Under the pieces are notes generated by a model, which was not told where the DNA came from, searched no databases, and worked only from the letters and a program-made list of their open reading frames with translations. Shown in pieces: positions 1 through 6,300 of a DNA stretch of 43,930 nt. The translations under genes and the position numbers were made by a program. Numbering within the stretch: the first letter of the stretch is position 1; the number at the start of each line of letters is the position of its first letter. This DNA is from Bacteroidales bacterium (GTDB taxonomy: Bacteria; Bacteroidota; Bacteroidia; Bacteroidales; P3). Location: NCBI GenBank assembly GCA_031552355.1, contig JAVBMO010000069.1:1-43930 (forward strand). Direction: 5' to 3'.

Positions 1-231
1 TTGATTGTGAATACCACGCCTTTGGGGATGTTTCCTAAAACGGAAGAATGCCCGCCAATTCCTTATCAATATTTAACTTCAACACATCTTTGCTACGACC
101 TTGTTTACAACCCTTTGGAAACGCTTTTCCTGAAAAAAGCCAAACAACAAGGCGCAGATATTAAAAACGGGTTGGAAATGCTGCACCTGCAAGCCGACGC
201 TGCTTGGGAAATTTATTTAATTGAAAATTGA
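1..231 (+). CDS. aroE: Shikimate 5-dehydrogenase, C-terminal fragment (5' end outside window)
   Basis: Frame is open from nt 1. The translation ..VNTTPLGMFP..LCYDLVYNPLETLFLKKAKQQGADIKNGLEMLHLQADAAWEIY matches the conserved AroE C-terminal pattern (NTTPxGM, DLxYNPxxTxFL, GxxMLxxQA). Stop TGA at 229-231. Confidence 0.8.
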   Translation: MIVNTTPLGMFPKTEECPPIPYQYLTSTHLCYDLVYNPLETLFLKKAKQQGADIKNGLEMLHLQADAAWEIYLIEN

Positions 232-232
232 G

Positions 233-257
233 AATTGAAAGTGGAGAATTAAACAGC
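233..257. repeat. Copy of the 20-nt motif AATTGAAAGTGGAGAATTAA, also present inside the CTD-coding part of giant gene 2
   Basis: Exact 20-nt match between 233-252 and 15039-15058, followed by (A)CAGC in both. A shorter copy, AATTGAAAGTGGAAA, lies at 346-360. Confidence 0.8.
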
Positions 258-362
258 CTTTCAATTTGAAAATAAGAAAATAAAAGGCATAAAACCTTTG
301 TGTTCTTTGTGAAATCCCTTTGATCTCTTTGCGGTTTCTCTGTGTAATTGAAAGTGGAAATG

Positions 363-427
363 TTTGGCTAAAGCCGTTTAGTTCGGTTTATATTTTAGCC
401 CGTTGCTTAAAAGCAACGGCAATGAAT
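363..427. repeat. 65-nt hairpin-module repeat, copy A (second copy at 2884-2948)
   Basis: TTTGGCTAAAGCCG ... CCGTTGCTTAAAAGCAA(C/G)GGCAATGA. Both ends are identical or near-identical to 2884-2948 and the middle is variable. It contains the small hairpins GGCTAAAGCC and CCGTTGCTTAAAAGCAACGG. Confidence 0.7.
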
Positions 428-575
428 GATGTTGTTTCTAAATTTAAAACAGTTACTAAGATTATTTGATAGTACGGGTTGGAAGTTTGATAATACGGTA
501 AGAGACTGTATGAAAATTATTGCCATCTGCTTTAACTGACGGATTTTTTGAGTTATGAACAACATTTTTGGGGCT

Positions 576-808
576 TTAGAGGTTGTCTAAATTTTCCTGA
601 AATAAACACAAATGAAAAAGATGCCGCAACTACGTTGCTTTTAAATCAATACATTCATATTCTACAAAGATGTCGCCACGCTGTGGCTTAAAAGCGGCAG
701 AGCCGCGTAATCTTTGTAGCAAATCATAAAATCTACATTTATCAAAGCCACATAGCGGCGATATCTTGAAATATATAAATTGCATAACGAAATTTAAACA
801 ACCTCTAA
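576..808. repeat. 233-bp segment bounded by 19-nt inverted repeats (MITE-like or a long-stem structured element) with nested palindromes
   Basis: TTAGAGGTTGTCTAAATTT (576-594) pairs with AAATTTAAACAACCTCTAA (790-808) at 18/19 positions. Nested inside are CTACAAAGAT (662-671) / ATCTTTGTAG (710-719), and inverted copies of a CAAAGATGTCGCC..GCT.GTGGCT motif at 665-688 and 746-768. Confidence 0.55.
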
Positions 809-847
809 GCGAAGTGCAACTTGTGGGTTAGCCACCAACGCGGGGTT

Positions 848-897
848 ATTGCCTGAAAGGCAAGACTGACAAGAATACGTCTTGCCTTACAGGCAAC
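848..897. repeat. Near-perfect 19-nt inverted repeat with a 12-nt loop
   Basis: ATTGCCTGAAAGGCAAGAC (848-866) versus GTCTTGCCTTACAGGCAAC (879-897), 17/19 complementary. Each arm is itself a small palindrome (TTGCCTnnnAGGCAA). Confidence 0.7.
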
Positions 898-1194
898 AAT
901 TAATTCTATTTTAGCGACCTACGGTTGAAAATTAGGCTTTTCAAGCCTTTGAAAATATTTTTGTTATGTACTAATTCCAAATTTAGTAAATGTGTTCTTT
1001 CGTAAGTCTCCTTTGATGGCCTTTGTAATAAAACTTTTGATTTTTTGAATAGCCGTATTCTAAAATCATATACATATATATGTATAGTGAAATAACAGTA
1101 GAATGCAACAAAATGATAGAACAGTGCCAAATCCCTTTATTAACATTGGCTTAAAGAATTTGTAGTACAAAAAATTTCTTCACATTGCCCACTG

Positions 1195-1272
1195 TAAATT
1201 TTAACATTTGTTTTTTTAGGAAAAATATTATAATTTTGTGCCATGTTAGAAATCCAAACCAAACATAATTTT
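1195..1272 (+). promoter_or_regulatory. Bacteroidetes-type promoter (-33 TTTG, -7 TAnnTTTG) plus conserved ~35-nt leader, copy 1
   Basis: TTTG at 1207-1210, a 20-nt spacer, then TAATTTTG at 1231-1238, then GCCATGTTAGAAATCCAAACCAAACATAATTTT. The whole ~78-nt block is homologous to 15366-15446. Confidence 0.55.
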
Positions 1273-1364
1273 CTATCCTTGGCTTTCAATTTTTCTATGT
1301 TGAAAAATATTGCTGATTTTAGCATTTTTTCACTAAAGAAATTTGGCGGTTTGGAATATTTTAC

Positions 1365-1399
<35 letters not shown>

Positions 1400-1544
1400 G
1401 CGACCGGTGCTCGCGCGCGTCAAGTTAGCCTTTTTCAGGCAATTAAAAAAACTTCCTCTACTTTTTTTGCATTATTTTCGTTCTGCCTCAGGATGCAAAA
1501 TACTGCTGACTTTTCTATTTATTCAGCATTTGTTTTCCTTAACA

Positions 1545-1576
1545 AAAGGCACGGTCAAAGGCACGGTCAAAGGCAT
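1545..1576. repeat. 12-nt tandem repeat AAAGGCACGGTC x2 plus a partial third unit
   Basis: AAAGGCACGGTC at 1545-1556 and 1557-1568, then AAAGGCAT at 1569-1576. Confidence 0.8.
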
Positions 1577-1690
1577 AAGGGTTAAAGGCTTTGGCAGCGA
1601 AGCCTTTTCCTTGGCCGTGTTTTTTGCCTTGTATTCATCAACAAATAATCGAAATCTAATAACCAGTTCAACACTTAAACATTAAACATC

Positions 1691-2398
1691 ATGTTAGATT
1701 ACACTTTAGTAGAAAATCTACTGACCCCGGCACCGGACGACTACATGGCTCAGCCTGTGAATGTGCGTTCTTATACCAACGAAGAAATTGCCGAGCGCAT
1801 TTTGAAGCTTGGCGCAGGTTTAACCAAATCCGATGTTTTGTCGGTGCTCGAAGCCTATGGCGAAGTAATTGCCAATATAGTGGCCGATGGTGGCGCAATA
1901 AACACCACGCTTTTTAATGCACACCCAAGTGTAGCAGGTGTTTTTGAAGGTGCAATGGATAATTTCGATTCTAAACGCCACCGTGTGAAACTGAACCTTT
2001 CGCAAGGTGTTTTGCTGCGCGATGCTTTGGCAAAAGTAAAAACCCAAAAGGTGCAGGTAGCCGAACCTCTGCCTTGCATTTTGGAAGTAAAAGACATTGT
2101 GAGCGGCGTGGTAAATGAAATGCTGACTCCCGGCGGAGTAATACAGATTACAGGCAGCCGCCTGAAGTTTTTACCCGAACAAGCCGATAACGGCATTTTC
2201 CTGATTCACCAAGATAGTAATACTCATTTCCAAGTCTCTGTAATTGCGGACAACAAACCCGCACGCTTGATTGCCATGCTCCCAATAGGCCTTGCGGCAG
2301 GAAGTTATACTTTGGAAGTTCGTACAAGCTATTCTACGGCAGGAAAACCTGCAAAAACTCTGAAAACAGGACAGTTTCACAAGCCTTTGACTGTATAG
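1691..2398 (+). CDS. HU-family-like DNA-binding domain protein with C-terminal DUF4469 (Ig-like fold) domain
   Basis: 235-aa ORF. The N-terminus MLDYTLVENLLTPAPDDYMAQ.. and the ..VFEGAMDNFDSKRHRVKLNL.., ..VKDIVSGVVNE.LTPGGV.. and ..NKPARLIAMLP..LAAGSYTLEV.. blocks match, from memory, the Bacteroidales HU-like/DUF4469 protein family. Confidence 0.8.
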   Translation: MLDYTLVENLLTPAPDDYMAQPVNVRSYTNEEIAERILKLGAGLTKSDVLSVLEAYGEVIANIVADGGAINTTLFNAHPSVAGVFEGAMDNFDSKRHRVKLNLSQGVLLRDALAKVKTQKVQVAEPLPCILEVKDIVSGVVNEMLTPGGVIQITGSRLKFLPEQADNGIFLIHQDSNTHFQVSVIADNKPARLIAMLPIGLAAGSYTLEVRTSYSTAGKPAKTLKTGQFHKPLTV

Positions 2399-2532
2399 CA
2401 TTCCTATAACGAGGCTTAGAGACTCCTTCTAACTACCGTTAGATGTTCTTTCTAACGATGCTTAGAGGGAGTTTCTACAATAAGAGGCGATAAAACGTCT
2501 CCGTTGAACTTGCTAAGTTTAATTTATCAAAC

Positions 2533-2629
2533 ATAGGCTTTGCCTGTAAAACGCTGACTAGTTCTAAAGGAAAACAGCCATTTACAAGGGCTAAAATGTA
2601 AAAGGCTATTCCCAAATCAGGAATTTGGG
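2533..2629 (+). repeat. ~100-nt conserved intergenic element, copy A (copy B at 8893-9005)
   Basis: ATAGGCTTTGCCTGTAAAACGCTGA..GTTCTAAAGGAAAACAGCCATTTACAAGGGCTAAAATGTAAAAGGCTATT..AGGAATTTGGG aligns with 8893-9005 at roughly 85% plus one indel. The 3' part can fold as CCCAAAT-CAGGA-ATTTGGG. Confidence 0.75.
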
Positions 2630-2883
2630 TATGTTTAAAACGGAAATACATTTCTGCTTAACAGAGGTAAAAGTGGCTATTATTGAAGAGAGTTAAGAAC
2701 TGAAGGATTGAGGGACTGAAGGATTGAAAAGACGAAAGCATCGCACAGCACGGTAAACTAACTGTCTCGGGCAGAGTTTTAAGTTGTTTTGAATAATGAG
2801 TGATTTCATTGCCGTCGTGCTTTAGCCGACGGTATCAAAAGATGAAATTCTATTTTCGGCTTTAGCCTAAATTGTAAAACAGA

Positions 2884-2948
2884 TTTGGCTAAAGCCGGAT
2901 AGTCTCTAGCTCATTTGAATCCGTTGCTTAAAAGCAAGGGCAATGAGG
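2884..2948. repeat. 65-nt hairpin-module repeat, copy B (copy A at 363-427)
   Basis: TTTGGCTAAAGCCG..CCGTTGCTTAAAAGCAAGGGCAATGA. Neighbouring small hairpins: CCGTCGTGCTTTAGCCGACGG (2811-2831) and GGCTTTAGCC (2858-2867). Confidence 0.7.
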
Positions 2949-3334
2949 GAACCCTGTTCTTCAGGGGGCTTTAAAAGTTTTGAAAACAGGTGGGGAAGTA
3001 GAAAACTAATGAAGAATGAATAATGGGCAAGCGGATTAATTTGAAAGGGAAATGCTTTACACCTTACAAATCTTTTATCCAAATAATAAATATAAAAAAT
3101 AAAGCAGGCAAACAATGTAAACAAAAAATCTAAAGAAGAAAACCTGAGCGTGAAACAGATTTTAAAGAAGTTCAATGGATTAAGACATTTTTTTGTACCG
3201 GCATTAGATGTAGTTACATGGTGCATGGCAAAACTATTGAAATTTCTTTTTAAGCTGTTAAGCCCTGTGGGCTCACAAATGTCTTCTTTAGTAAGGAAAA
3301 TAGAAAAACCAAATAACCCCAAAAACAAAAAACA

Positions 3335-6300
3335 ATGAAACAGAAAAATTACAAATTGCGAAGCAGGAATATCCTGAAAAGCTTAGCGCTTTTTTGCCTT
3401 TGCTTCTTTTTTGCCTTTACGGCAAAATCTCAAACCGATTGTTATTCGGCCATAAGCCTTTCGGGGGCTACGCCGGACATTACAGCAAACCATTCCGGTT
3501 TATCGAGCGTTTATGTCTGGTATACGTTTACTCCGGCAAGCGGGCAAAGCGGTGTTTATACAGCAAGCACCTGTGGAAAAACAACCTACGACACAGAAAT
3601 AATCATCTATGAAGGGACTTCTTGTGGTGATTTCGTAGAAAGAGCCTATTCCGCCGATGCCGGTTGTAACGATGGAAGTCATCAAAGTAAAGCTTCTTTT
3701 TTTGCTGAAGAAGGCAAAACCTATTATTTTAAATGGTGGAACCGTTCAGGGCAGTATAACTATGAATGGGATTTAACAGTCACAGGTGTATCTATAGGTG
3801 GCGATTCCTGTTCAAGAGCCTTGCCATTGGCCGGCCCTTCCGAAGATCTTTGCGCTTATTTTTCAGGAGATGGTCAAACCCAGCAATGGTATAGCTTCAC
3901 CCCCACAGAAAAAGGTCTCTATAAAGTAAGCAATTGTGGAAATAGTATCAGTCCCCCTTTTCTTTTAACTCTGGTTATCTCTGAAGGAACATGCGATTCG
4001 AAAACAATAATTAAAGAAGGAACAACATGTAGTAATGGAAATACAGCTATATTTACAGCCGAAGCAGGTACAACCTATCTTATTGCCTGGTGGGGGTATA
4101 CTGAATTCTTTTATTGGAGTTTAAGCGAAGTGAACTCTACCGGATTGTTTTGCGAAAAAGCGATAGTAATTACAGAGCCTTCTGATAATATTTTCGCCAA
4201 TTGTACACCATCCAATTCTGAACAATGGTATAGTTTTACCCCTTCGGAAAGCGGAACCTACAGGGCCAGTAATTGCGCAAGCAGCAGTAATTCTTCTTCT
4301 TATTTATATATTAATGCCGGAACATGCGATGCACAAACACAAATTGCAGAAGGGCAGAGATGTGACTATTCTTCTGATAAAAAAACAGCTACCTTTGCGG
4401 CCCAGGCAGGAACCACATACTATATTCTTTGGAATTCGAACGATCCTTTTAACTGGAGTTTAAGTAAAGTGGATTCCACAGGATTGTCTTGCCAAAAATC
4501 GATAGTAATTACAGAGCCTTCTGATAATATTACCGCTAATTGTACGTCATTCGGCTCCAGTCAATGGTATAGTTTTACCCCTTCGGAAAGCGGAACCTAC
4601 AGGGCAAGCAATTGCGCAAGCAGCAGTAATTCTTCTTCTTATTTATATATTAATGCCGGAACATGTGGGGCACAAACACAAATTGCAGAAGGGCAGAGCT
4701 GTGACTATTCTTATAATACAGAAACAGCTACCTTTACAGCCCAGGCAGGAACCACATACTATATTCACTGGAATTCGTACAATCCTTTTAACTGGAGTTT
4801 AAGTAAAGTGGATCCCACAGGATTGTATTGCGAAACTCCTATAGAGATTACAGAACTTTCTGACAGTATTCCAGCACCTCACTCCACCAAAGAAACTAAC
4901 TATATTTGGTACCATTATACACCCACAAGCGCGGGATATTATACCATTGTTAATAATACTGACAACTCTTCACTCTATTTCTATACAGGAAATTGTGATC
5001 ATTTATCTGATTTGGGTTCAATTTCGTACTATTCTTCTGATCGTAAATCCACCTTTTACCTTGCGGCGAATCAATCTTTTTATGTGAAAAGCGAAAACTA
5101 CAACTATTATTCAAGAACGGATTCCCAATGGGAATTCCGCAGGGAGAATGATCCTGTCGGCCTGCTTTGCGAAATAGCGATTGATTGTGGTGTGGCTAAT
5201 AATATTGCTGCCAATTTTGCTACTAAAAAAACACAATCGCTTTGGTATAAATTCGCTCCCACCGAAACCGGAGTTTATACCCTAAATGCTAACAGACAAA
5301 ACTATTTTTATGTTTCCGAAGGCAGTTGTACAGATAAGAGGTTTGTTACCAATGGAGATTCATTGGTTTCTTTTACCGGAGAAAGCGGAAAAACTTATTA
5401 TATAGAGTTTTTCCAAGCTAAGCCCCAAGCTCAAAATATTCAATGGAATCTGCAAAAAGAAACAACATCGCAACAGGGATGGGTATGCGAAAACCCTATA
5501 GTGCTTACCAATACCTCGGAAGACGTTTTGGCCAACCATGCAGGATTAAAGCGGACGGCTATCTGGTATAGCTTTACACCTACAGCCACACAAACAGGGA
5601 TCTATAAATTCACTACCTGCGGAAAAACAACAGAAAGCGTTTATTTTGAAGTATATGATGGCAATTGCGCCAGCAAAAACGGTATAGATTATTTTGACTC
5701 GTACCAATGTTCAAGTTCCTCCCGGAAATTTGGAAGTTTTAGGGCAGAAGCCGGAAAAACCTATTATTTCTTAGCCTTTACATACGGAAACATGAACAAC
5801 TACAATTGGTCTTTTACCCAAATGGATACCACCGGCCGCGACTGCGCAGCGCCGATTGTGCTGACAGATGTTCAAAACGATATAGCAGTGCCACATGCCG
5901 AAAAGGAAAGCGCGAATCTTTGGTACGCTTTTACTCCTAAAAGCAGTGGGTATTACCAGGCAAGCAATATTGGAAAAGTTTCGGGCAACTATTATTCTGC
6001 ACGCTCCCTGAATATTTATGCCGGTTCCTGCAATAATAGGATTTCCATAGGAGAATTAAAGCAGTCTTATTCAAACGGCCAATCCGATTTCTTTTATGCC
6101 GAAGCCGGAAAAACCTATTATATTAACTGGTATTTGGATCTTACTTATTATGATTATAATTATACTTATACATGGGATTTGAAAGCTGTTAATCCGGAAG
6201 GTTTAAGCTGCAAAAACCCTATAGTGTTAAGCGGAGTGTCCGAAAATATCCTTGCCGACCATTCAGGCAAGAATACAGAAACCTTATATTACAGCTTTAC

